NCBI GenBank assembly: GCA_963693365.1
Contig: CAVNZM010000071.1
Span: forward strand, 1-15,153
Origin: Amoebidium appalachense
Lineage: Eukaryota; Protista; Ichthyosporea
Length of the DNA stretch: 15,153 nucleotides
Direction of reading: 5' to 3'
Positions within the stretch are counted from its first letter, which is position 1. Every line of letters starts with the position of its first letter. The notes under the pieces are model-generated. The model made no database searches. It was given only the letters and a program-made list of their open reading frames with translations, and was not told the DNA's origin. Both the position numbers and the translations under genes were made by a program. Shown in pieces: positions 1 to 10,031 of the stretch.

Positions 1-143
1 TTTTTTCCCCCTGATTACGTAACGCGTTGCTACGCACCCACACCGTACAACGAGTTTTGTGTTGTACGTTAACGCAGAGGGCGCACAACCCGAAAGAAAT
101 TTTTTCATGAAAAGAAACTACTTTGAATACATGACCTTTTACC

Positions 144-972
144 ATGGGTGTGCAGGGCTTGCTCCCAACACTCGGCGGTAGTGCCGAAAAAGCCACAGAT
201 GTTACTGCAAGAGTTGCAACGTGGGGTAGTTGCTTTTGACGGGATGGTGCAGGTCCACAAGTCCTTTTCAGTTTTCGCTGACACAGTAGCCAAACAGCAA
301 ATAGATGACGAAAAAGTCACAGACGAAACATATGCAGCTATTGCAAATCACTTTATGTCCAAAGTTAATACGTATAGGCTAACGGGGGTCCAGCCACACT
401 ATGTGTTTGATAGAAGCATGAATGAAAGAGGGGAAAACGAGTTGATAACGACCGTGCAGAAAAGGTGGTCAAAACCCGCCAAGAAATAGCCACAAAAAGA
501 GAGAAACAGAAGGAAGTAACTAAAAACAAATGGAAAGAGGCTAAAGAGTTGAATAACAGAGTTTTACATCACAATCATCCTTAGACTGAAAGATGAGAAT
601 GTCGATTACACCGTAGCTCCATACGAAGCAGACCCCCAGCTTGCCTATGATGGCACGTACCGGTTTGGCACACACTGTTGTCACTGGGGATGCCGACCTT
701 CTTCTGTATAACATCTCGCGGGTTGTATACAAACTCCGCATTGCGGATACGGCGGTCATCCCTGGGATAACTAATGCGAGTCCTTGCAATCCCAAACTGA
801 ACGGAGTGACAGAATTCCAACCCCCGCCAAATGCTTTTACCAGAAGCACAAAGTACAACTGAGAACGGATGGGATATAGAAATACTGCATTATTTTGCTA
901 TTGTGAATAAACAGCAGAAAACCTGTGAAGAAGCTCAGGGGAAGTGGCATGGGCACTTTGCACGCCGCTGTA
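144..972 (+). pseudogene. EXO1: Exonuclease 1-like (XPG/FEN1/Exo1 family) nuclease, disrupted by frameshifts and stops
   Basis: Motifs occur in Exo1 order across frames: MGVQGLLPTL (ATG 144); VVAFDGMVQVHKS and GVQPHYVFD (ORF 148-489, XPG-N); ENVDYTVAPYEADPQLAY (595-648, XPG-I); shift to MARTGLAHTVVTGDADLLLYNISRVVYKL; GWDIEILHYFAIV (867) and VKKLRGSGMGTLH (925), an H3TH remnant. In-frame stops at 487, 517 and 550. Confidence 0.85.
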
Positions 973-1569
973 AGTGAGGCGTGCCGGGCCTGGGGACGCG
1001 AGGGAAGGCCGGTAGCTGCGGGGGTTGTGTTCACAGATCTGCTCCAGCATATCCAACGGGTCAGAAAGGGGAAAAGAGGGAAGGAAAGAGACCGTTAAAA
1101 GCACAGAAAACAAACAGGGTGGGGACGAACGGGCAGGAAGAGTCGGAAATCGGACGGAAAGGAGGTGAAGCAGTGGAGGAAGAGGTTGAGTGGTGGGATC
1201 TTGAATACGAACATGGAACGTATGAAAACGGGGCTGAGGTGATGGGGTTATAGAGATGAAATGATGAGGGGTGAAGAGGTTATAGAGATGCAATATGCAG
1301 ATAATTTTGAAAAAGAGGCGGATAGTAGGACCAAGTGTGGAAGAATTGGCCCAATCATGTAGTACAAGCCTGACCTTGAAAGGCTCCGTGCATTTGTACA
1401 GCAAATAGACCCTACTGGACACAAGTATAGTTTTACCTAGAATGAAAAGTTTATGGTGCAAATGTATCCATCCTTGCAGGGCAGAAAACCACAAAAAGTG
1501 GAAGAAGAAGAAGGGGGGAACACGAACACTGAAAATGCAACTGAATGATTTCTGTTTTCCTTCCAAAAA

Positions 1570-1623
1570 TTTTTTTTTTTTTTTTTTTTTTGTTTCCGTT
1601 ATCTTTCATAATGTGTACTGTGT

Positions 1624-1654
<31 letters not shown>

Positions 1655-1923
1655 GGAGAGAGAGAGAGGGTTATTAATCTTATGACAAATCTGACTGAAC
1701 CTATGTGGACAGACCGAGAACCGTGTGTCAAATCTGAGAGCAATGTACCAGACCCTGGTGCCTGCATATGTTTCCTCCCGGGGGCCCCCCTCCCCCCGGT
1801 CCCTCCCCTCCCCCTTGGTGTTTGCATACGTGCCTACCTGCCCCCCCCCCCCCCCCCCCTCCCCACACACACGTGTGTGTGTGGGGGGGGGGGGGGGCGT
1901 GCATGCGTGCGTGTGTGTGCAAA

Positions 1924-1978
<55 letters not shown>

Positions 1979-2169
1979 TTCCGTGTGTGCGTGGTTTTGT
2001 GTGTGTGTGAAGGGGGGGAGGGGGGGGGGGGGGGGAGAACGACTCAAGGTTGTACTTGGCACACAAATACATAATAATTTCAATTATTATTATTATTTTC
2101 CTATACAGGAAAAGTGGAGCCCTACTGGCCGAATACATACATGCAAGCATTCATTCATATTTTTGCCCC

Positions 2170-2200
<31 letters not shown>

Positions 2201-2232
2201 AAAAACAAAAAAAAAAAAAAAAAAAAAAAAAG
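1570..2232. repeat. Low-complexity block: poly-T, (GT)n, poly-G/poly-C, (GCGT)n, poly-A
   Basis: Directly visible homopolymers and microsatellites, e.g. (GCGT)n ~1925-1978, poly-C 2166-2190, A-run 2191-2231. Confidence 0.95.
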
Positions 2233-2275
2233 CAGAGAAGGGGGCTTTAGGGAGAGGCAATCGAAAACGAAAATT

Positions 2276-2551
2276 CTACACCATGCTTTTGGTGTGCCCG
2301 GGCCCCACCATATCCTTATATAGTGGCTCTTGCATGTTACACAAGAAAGCCACAGCCTTAGCTACCATCCAATGGGTGCCTACCATCGACATCTGCACCT
2401 GATTGCTAAACAGCCGATAATTTTTCATGCGCCCAAAAGCCCTCTCACTGCTCGTCTCCCCCCGCTCCCTCGCTCGTTTCCGTGTTTGCTCATTATCTGA
2501 GGCATCCATTCCTACAGCTTGCATATGACTATTGGCCCTTTCCTCCCTCAA
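2276..2551 (-). mobile_element. C-terminal remnant of a PIF/Harbinger-ISL2EU (DDE_Tnp_4-like) transposase
   Basis: EQTRKRARER..SERAFGRMKNYRLFSNQVQMSM..VAFLCNMQEPL follows the C-terminal pattern TRxIAxxRIHVERAIGRxKxFRIL..CxxLxNLQxPL of this family, which contains the catalytic E. The upstream DD region is not recognisable and no TIRs were found. Confidence 0.7.
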
Positions 2552-2714
2552 TAGCTGTACCTTCTCTCTGACTTCCCCCGTTTTTTGGGCACAAGGACCT
2601 CACGGATCAATAAATTGATGACTGGGGGCTTGCCGTGGTTTACAACCATTGCAGGTTCACTTTCGTCCAAGGGGATGTCCCCCTAGAGGCAACACACGTC
2701 CCGGAGTAGTTTTC

Positions 2715-2882
2715 ATAGAAACCAGAATCCGAAGCTTGCCAAAAATAGAACAGGGGGCTTTTGAGCCAGGCCACCACAAAAGTGATGACGTCAACATGGA
2801 CTATAAATAGAAACCAGAGACCGAAGCTTGCCAAAAATAGAACAGGGGGCTTTTGAGCCAGGCCACCACAAAAGTGATGAAG
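2715..2882. repeat. Direct repeat, 2 copies, period 92 bp
   Basis: ATAGAAACCAGA..CCGAAGCTTGCCAAAAATAGAACAGGGGGCTTTTGAGCCAGGCCACCACAAAAGTGATGA starts at 2715 and at 2807. Confidence 0.95.
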
Positions 2883-2934
2883 TCAGCAAACGCTTACCAT
2901 CTCCACGACATTGAATTCTAACACACACACACAC

Positions 2935-2968
<34 letters not shown>

Positions 2969-2970
<2 letters not shown>

Positions 2971-3398
2971 CCTCCTGGGCGCGCGCCTTGGCAGCAGCGA
3001 TTGATGCATCCAATGCGGCTACAGCCGCCTCCTTGTGGGCTGCGGACAGACGGGCGAAGGCATCAGCGACGTCAAAGGCCCAGTCACGGACAGTGTGCCC
3101 CAGTAGGGTGCTGGAGGATGAAGATGCCATACGAAACCCCTTGGGCGTCAGGAGGTGGTCATACATCCGACGACCCGGTCCGGAAGTCTGTGTGGAAAGG
3201 TGTTCGTATTGTCAGTGACGTAACACAGCCAATCAGACAATTGACAGCCCAACTGGCTGTCAATTATGACCTCACACAGCCAATCAGACATTGACAGCCC
3301 AACGTCAATAGTTACTACTTGTCAAAGCACTTGAAACAGAACACACCTCGATCACTTACCTGCTCACTCAAGTGAATTCGAAGCACACAGATGTGATG
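2969..3398 (-). pseudogene. Inverted, truncated paralogue of the 9119-11048 gene: exon end 3398-3360, intron 3359-3188, exon 3187-2969
   Basis: DHLLTPKGFRMASSSSSTLLGHTVRDWAFDVADAFARL..AAA matches the protein at 10062ff at 41/57 residues by hand count. CAG|GTAAGT donor, CTGAC branch-like site and CAG| acceptor give a phase-0 join: HHICVLRIHLSEQ|TSGPGRRMYDH. No start-containing upstream exon is present. Confidence 0.8.
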
Positions 3399-3421
3399 GT
3401 GTGTGTGTGCGTCTGTGTGCA

Positions 3422-3474
<53 letters not shown>

Positions 3475-3596
3475 TGACGGTGTGGGGGATGGGGGGGGGG
3501 GGAGGGAGGGAGCGCAGATCCTTGCTTTGCACACTTTGTACAGTCTGTAATCACTTACCTGCTCACTCAAGTGAATTCGAAGCACACAGATGTGAT

Positions 3597-3687
<91 letters not shown>

Positions 3688-3810
3688 TGACGGTGTGGGG
3701 GATGGGGGGGGGGGAGGGAGGGAGCGCAGATCCTTGCTTTGCACACTTTGTACAGTCTGTAATCACTTACCTGCTCACTCAAGTGAATTCGAAGCACACA
3801 GATGTGATGT
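3352..3810 (-). repeat. Three copies (2 full, 1 partial) of the satellite unit, inverted relative to 7307-8558
   Basis: ATCACTTACCTGCTCACTCAAGTGAATTCGAAGCACACAGATGTGATG recurs at ~3351, ~3550 and ~3762, separated by (GT)n and G-runs. Confidence 0.95.
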
Positions 3811-3842
3811 GTTTTTTTGTTTTTTGGGGGAGAGGCATTTAG

Positions 3843-3943
<101 letters not shown>

Positions 3944-3966
3944 TGGGGAGGGGGGGGGATATGGGG

Positions 3967-4443
3967 ATATATACATGTACCTGTCTCTACATAGTATAAC
4001 ATCGGCATACATAGTGTACTTTTACATCCATACTAATGTTTATATTTAAAATAAAAGTATATGTTTATATATATATGTATGATGATAAATATGACTATGT
4101 CTTCAATATAGATAGTCATACAGAGCGCACCGATGATGTCATCGATAAGGTAGAAAGTAATAAAAAGCCTAATGTTTACCCTTTAATCTCATATTTATCT
4201 AATAGCGCTACGATTGGTAAGTGTGATGCCACTCACCGACTATCCAATCAAATCACTGGAATGACTTCATCGGCGCTTTCATTATTCAAACTGTCGGGAT
4301 GCGCGCGATTTGATTGGTGAGTTGAAGAGTTGCTACAGAAACCGACTTTCCATACCCCCACACACCACACACACATACATCTATATATATCATACACATA
4401 TACATACAAGCGTACATATTTTTATACATATACTTATATACAC

Positions 4444-4484
<41 letters not shown>

Positions 4485-4688
4485 CTTTGTATTCTAATTT
4501 TTATTTGTATACACTGACCTTTTCATATTCTTCTAACCTACTTCCAAAAGGATCATGTAGTGATACTACTGACTTCATCAGCGCGCGCTGGGTTGCTATA
4601 CTTGGAAGACTACTTCAATGTTCATTTATTATAAATATATAAATAAATATTTACAAAAGTGAAGTTCATATGTCTTTTATTTTAGTAT

Positions 4689-4724
<36 letters not shown>

Positions 4725-5115
4725 TATTTATATAGATACCTACATATACAAGAATGATACTGTAACATACGTATACATGTAGGTGTATGGTGTGTGGTGT
4801 GTGGGGTATGGAAAGTCGGTTTCTGTAGCAACTCTTCAACTCACCAATCAAATCACGCGCATCCCGACAGTTTGAATAATGAAAGCGCCGATGAAGTCAT
4901 TCCAGTGATTTGATTGGATAGTCGGTGAGTGGCAATCACACTTACCAATCATAGCGCTATTAGATAAATATGAGATTAAAGGGTAAACATTGGGCTTTTT
5001 ATTACTTTCTACCTTATCGATGACATCATCGGTTAAATATAAACATTAGTATGGATGTAAAAGTACACTATGTATGCCGATGTTATACTATGTAGAGACA
5101 GGTACATGTATATAT
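3967..5115. repeat. ~1.15-kb imperfect palindrome (long inverted repeat with AT-rich centre)
   Basis: 3967-4048 pairs with ~5034-5115 and 4129-~4372 pairs with ~4790-5033, with about five differences. The left arm has an extra 80 bp (4049-4128). The centre holds two (AT)n tracts and CAGCGCGCGCTG (4579-4590). Confidence 0.95.
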
Positions 5116-5283
5116 ATATATATATGTGTGTGTGTGTAGACAAACAATCGTTAGTGCAGCCAATAGGACTTCGGGGTTCGTGTCAAACCTTTGATGATCG
5201 ATATAATATAGATATCTCATCACGGTGGCTGCTGATCGGCACAGTCTCTGTAGTTTCGAATCTGCGCCTTGCTGTACTGCACG

Positions 5284-6243
5284 ATGACATCTCTCCTCCA
5301 TTTCATCAGAAGTAATGGAAAATCGTTTGAAGTACGAAAAAGAAATGGAGAATTCGATGTCGTCGACTGCTTTACCGTAGCTTATAACGGAACGCGCAGC
5401 ACGGCAACAAAGGCCCGGAAATTGGTGCTGGAGCGGAATCGTGCTCTGTTTGAAAAAGAAACCACGGTCTCGGGTGCACGTGGCTCCCACTATTATTTTG
5501 CTCCTGCGGACACAATCAGCCAAATGTTAATGGCCACCGAGAGCGCCACATCCGTGGAGTTTTTAGAGGCAGACGGCGAGCGCTTCTTCCGCGCGATAGG
5601 CACCTCTCAGACCCAAGTGGACCAAGTAGTTCAAATGCGCGAAAGAACCGCTCGACGCAGCCCACCCGGCCACCCTTGCGCTATGGATGTGCCCACACAT
5701 GATGTCTCTGCACACAACGCGAGTGCGTCGACAGCGGGTAAACAGAACACACTCTTGTTGCCACCCCCCCTGCCTAACTACGAGCAGGATGTACACCACG
5801 GTGAGCCTGGCGGCGAGCACAACTACCACTCCATACTGCACGTAGCGGCACAGCAGGCAGAAGCGACTGCACTCGCCGCGAAAGTAGCGGTTTTTCAACA
5901 CGAGGAGTTTAAATTAAAACTCCAACTTGAGCACGACGAGCGCGAGATGAAGCGTCGCCACGACGAGAGGATGATGGAACTCCGTATACAAAATACACGC
6001 CTCGAGATAGAACTGAGGAGGATGGGAACAAACGAACAGAGGGAACAGGAGACGGTGATGGATGGCGAGAGGGGGCTGTGGGATATGTGGCGGAGGTCGT
6101 GGACGGGGCAGACGGCGATGGAGGGACGGGGGCAGATGGGGAAATGGTCGAGGCGGATGGGGGCGGGGAGACCCAAATGTCTGAGGGACACGGGGAGGAT
6201 CATCCGTTGTGTAACGACTGTGATAACGAGGAGATGGGTGTAA
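5284..6243 (+). CDS. Gene A, 5' part: Bro-N-like/viral-type DNA-binding domain plus coiled coil; probably continuous with 6078-6983 through a 1-nt frameshift near 6070-6075
   Basis: Long ORF from ATG 5284. VRKRNGEFDVVDCF..FAPADTISQMLMATESATSVEFLEADGERFFRAIG..VDQV resembles Bro-N-related N-terminal domains of algal/giant-virus proteins (by eye). Charged heptad stretch EEFKLKLQLEHDEREMKRRHDERMMELRIQNTRLEIELRR. Confidence 0.65.
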   Translation: MTSLLHFIRSNGKSFEVRKRNGEFDVVDCFTVAYNGTRSTATKARKLVLERNRALFEKETTVSGARGSHYYFAPADTISQMLMATESATSVEFLEADGERFFRAIGTSQTQVDQVVQMRERTARRSPPGHPCAMDVPTHDVSAHNASASTAGKQNTLLLPPPLPNYEQDVHHGEPGGEHNYHSILHVAAQQAEATALAAKVAVFQHEEFKLKLQLEHDEREMKRRHDERMMELRIQNTRLEIELRRMGTNEQREQETVMDGERGLWDMWRRSWTGQTAMEGRGQMGKWSRRMGAGRPKCLRDTGRIIRCVTTVITRRWV

Positions 6244-6983
6244 AGGAGACGGAACACGAACAGGAGAGCACAGTGACAGAGGAACGGCGTGCCACGCAAG
6301 AGGATAAACTGAAACGGCTACAAGATATTATCAACAGTGCCCGAGGGTTCGAGCGGGTCTACCGCGATGAAATTTATGACAAACCCGTCTACGACGAAAG
6401 CGGCGTCAACCGCATCCTTGTATTTTATCAGCAGACACTGGAAAGCCTCATCCTACAGGTCGACGGCGTGTGGGATAGCACGGACACGGATACCGTCCGC
6501 GCCAAAGGAAAACGGGTTGTCGACGAGATCCTGGGGCTTCTCGCCAAGGCCGACGCACAGCACACAGCACCCCAAAAGCGCCCTGCTTCGGACACCCGCG
6601 CCGCCGACACCAGACGTGCTAAGCGCACCAAGAGGACGCCCACTCACAGGGAGCGGCTAGTTAGCAAATTCTTCGAGTGGCTCAAGGAATCGGCCCCCTG
6701 TGGTGCGGTCTGTCTTCTTCGTCACCTCAGGGACCTGTTCCACAGGGAGGCTAGCAGTGAGAGCAGGACTTTCGCACGAGCGCCTCTGTCTACGGATGAA
6801 GTAGCTAGGTTTTTGGGCAAGCAGGTATCTGTGTATTTTTGTACTATAAACAGGATAGAGGTGTTGCGTGATGAAAAAGGGGAAGTTTATGCCGTGAGAC
6901 TCCCTAAGAACCGTTTAGGAAAGCCCGGCTATCCGCGCCATAAGGCAAGAGGGTACTTTCTCGGGAATCTGGTGTGTGCTTGA
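6078..6983 (+). CDS. Gene A, 3' part: acidic linker, BAG-like domain (~6306-6554), basic NLS, possible winged-helix C-terminus
   Basis: QQTLESLILQVDGV..DTVRAKGKRVVDEILGLLAKAD fits BAG helices 2-3 (L..LL.LDGV..VR..RK..V..I..LL..LD). RRAKRTKR is NLS-like. The ORF has only a GTG start; one extra G in the G5 run at 6071-6075 fuses it to the upstream ORF. Confidence 0.7.
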   Translation: MGYVAEVVDGADGDGGTGADGEMVEADGGGETQMSEGHGEDHPLCNDCDNEEMGVKETEHEQESTVTEERRATQEDKLKRLQDIINSARGFERVYRDEIYDKPVYDESGVNRILVFYQQTLESLILQVDGVWDSTDTDTVRAKGKRVVDEILGLLAKADAQHTAPQKRPASDTRAADTRRAKRTKRTPTHRERLVSKFFEWLKESAPCGAVCLLRHLRDLFHREASSESRTFARAPLSTDEVARFLGKQVSVYFCTINRIEVLRDEKGEVYAVRLPKNRLGKPGYPRHKARGYFLGNLVCA

Positions 6984-7118
6984 TAAGGCCAACGGGCTTG
7001 GCGAAGTGAAAACGTGGTTGTAACAATGCATTAGACACCCCCTTCCGGTCCGGTCTGACCCCTTTGGACCGCAGTCTGGTCCGGTTCGGTCTGAACAGGG
7101 GTCCTCGCCCGGCAGAGT

Positions 7119-7235
7119 CCCCCCCTCCCCCCCGCCCGTGTGTATGTTCTTTTGTGCCCCCATATCCCCCCCCTCCCCCCCGCCCGTGTGTATGTTCTTT
7201 TGTGCCCCCATATCCCCCCCTCCCCCCCCCCGCCC
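7119..7235. repeat. 48-bp tandem repeat (2 copies plus partial)
   Basis: GCCCGTGTGTATGTTCTTTTGTGCCCCCATATCCCC starts at 7134 and at 7182. Confidence 0.9.
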
Positions 7236-7272
7236 CCACACACACACACACGCACACACACACACGTGTCAC

Positions 7273-8702
<1,430 letters not shown>

Positions 8703-8799
8703 TATACGGATGATAGCGCTATTATATATTAGAATGGAAAAGTTGGCACTTTGGAGTTACATTGGGGTTGTGACAGGTGTGTGAGCACCGTAAAGCAGT

Positions 8800-9028
8800 G
8801 CTTCATTGGGTGTAGAAGGAATGCAGCATTCGATTGGAGAGGGGAATGGCATGCAGCATATGTGTAGAAAGTGCATGTAGCGCCGAACAAGCCGAACAAA
8901 TCGACCCAATCATCTGGGACCAGTATTCTCTTGCAATCCTCTCCAATCGAATGCTGGATTCCATTCCTCTCCTCCTACAACCAATGAAGCGTACAACCAA
9001 TGAAGCGCCGGACGCCTCCCTATATAAA
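8800..9028 (+). promoter_or_regulatory. Pol II-type promoter of gene B: multiple CCAAT boxes and a TATA box
   Basis: ATTGG/CCAAT at ~8806, 8833, 8907, 8943, 8981 and 8997. TATATAAA at 9021-9028, ~90 nt before ACCATGG (ATG 9119). Confidence 0.65.
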
Positions 9029-9118
9029 CACAGCAAGCGCTGGACAGCCAGCACCTTTACGGTACACACACAGCACTCAACCCCCAAACCCAAAGCGCCA
9101 ACTCTTCCACCAGCGACC

Positions 9119-9421
9119 ATGGCTTCCACCTACGCCATCTATGAGCGCCTCAACATTGCCGGTGCCAAAGAGGCCGGCTTCCCTCCCATCTCTCCCGAGC
9201 TCGAGCGCCTGCTGGGCACCGTGGGCGACGACGTGGTGGCCAAGGTGCTGCGCTTCCTCGACCCGTTCCTGTATGACTGCAAGGAGACCATCTCCGGGCG
9301 CGCCGTGTTCCGCCTGCTGGGGTACGGCAACTACAACGAGTTTGTGAGAGCCATGTTCAAGGGGCAGAAGGGGTCGCCTGGTTTTGTCCCCGCTGGATGC
9401 TACAGTGTTGTTGAGATGGAG
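9119..9421 (+). CDS. Gene B exon 1 (join 9119-9421,10032-11048; 439 aa): N-terminal half of an AntA/MSV199-like antirepressor-type DNA-binding domain
   Basis: Kozak-like ACCATGG; strong GC3 bias that stops abruptly at GAG|GTGTGT (9421/9422). ISGRAVFRLLGYGNYNEFVRAMF..GF..YSVV resembles the AntA/MSV199 N-terminal pattern. Confidence 0.8.
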
Positions 9422-10031
9422 GTGTGTATGTGTATTTTTGTGTTTATGCGTTGCTATGACATAACCAGTTTGCCGTAGATGACATCAATTCATGGAAGCC
9501 ATCCAATCAAAAAACTTCAGCCATTTTGGCTGAAGTTTTTTTTTGCTTGGCTTAGGTGGTATAATGTGATGTCATCACTTCTCAGCCTCAGGGCTGAAAA
9601 GTCATTTCGTCATTTTTGCGTCATCACTTTAGTCTCTACCATAACTCAAAAGTCTTGTCGTCAAAATTACGTCACTTGTGTCTTGCCGGTAATCGCGTGA
9701 CAGCTTGACTTTTGATTGGCCTTGTGACGTCATCACTTTCCCGGCACCGTGCCGGAAAAGTTTTGATTGGTGAGGTGAGGTCATCACTTTTCAGCTTTGT
9801 AGCTGAAAATTTTGATGGTGTGAGTCATATTTTCAGTTTACTGAAAAGTTTTATTGGTGAGGTGAGGTCATCACTTTTCAGCTTTGTAGCTGAAAAGTTT
9901 TGATTGGTGAAGTGACGTCACAATGACGCATCAGCTCCAATAGCTGTGACGTCATAATGACGAATCAGCTACAAGAGCTGAGACGTAGCCGAATTAACTG
10001 ACCCCCCCCCCCCCCCCCCCCCCCAATACAG
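9422..10031 (+). other. 610-nt phase-0 spliceosomal intron of gene B containing an array of palindromes between TGATTGG / TGA(C/G)GTCAT linkers
   Basis: GT donor at 9422, CTGAC branch-like motif ~9998, poly-C tract, CAG acceptor ending 10031. The join is in frame: VVEME|TPKSGGSAPMDHH. Confidence 0.85.

Noticed and set aside
898-1566. 222-aa minus-strand ORF, and a possible YqaJ/SWIM remnant on the plus strand
   Set aside because: The minus ORF mirrors a purine-rich plus strand (F/L/S/P-rich). Plus-strand fragments (VQMYPSLQGRK, VLPRMKSLWCKCIHP) are too short and degraded to assign.
6825-6853. Possible 29-nt intron (CAG|GTATCT..AACAG|) in gene A
   Set aside because: Very short, would shift the frame, and the ORF reads through without it.
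8834-9118. N-terminal extension of ORF 8834-9478
   Set aside because: It has a non-ATG start and overlaps the CCAAT/TATA promoter; codon bias and Kozak context start at ATG 9119.
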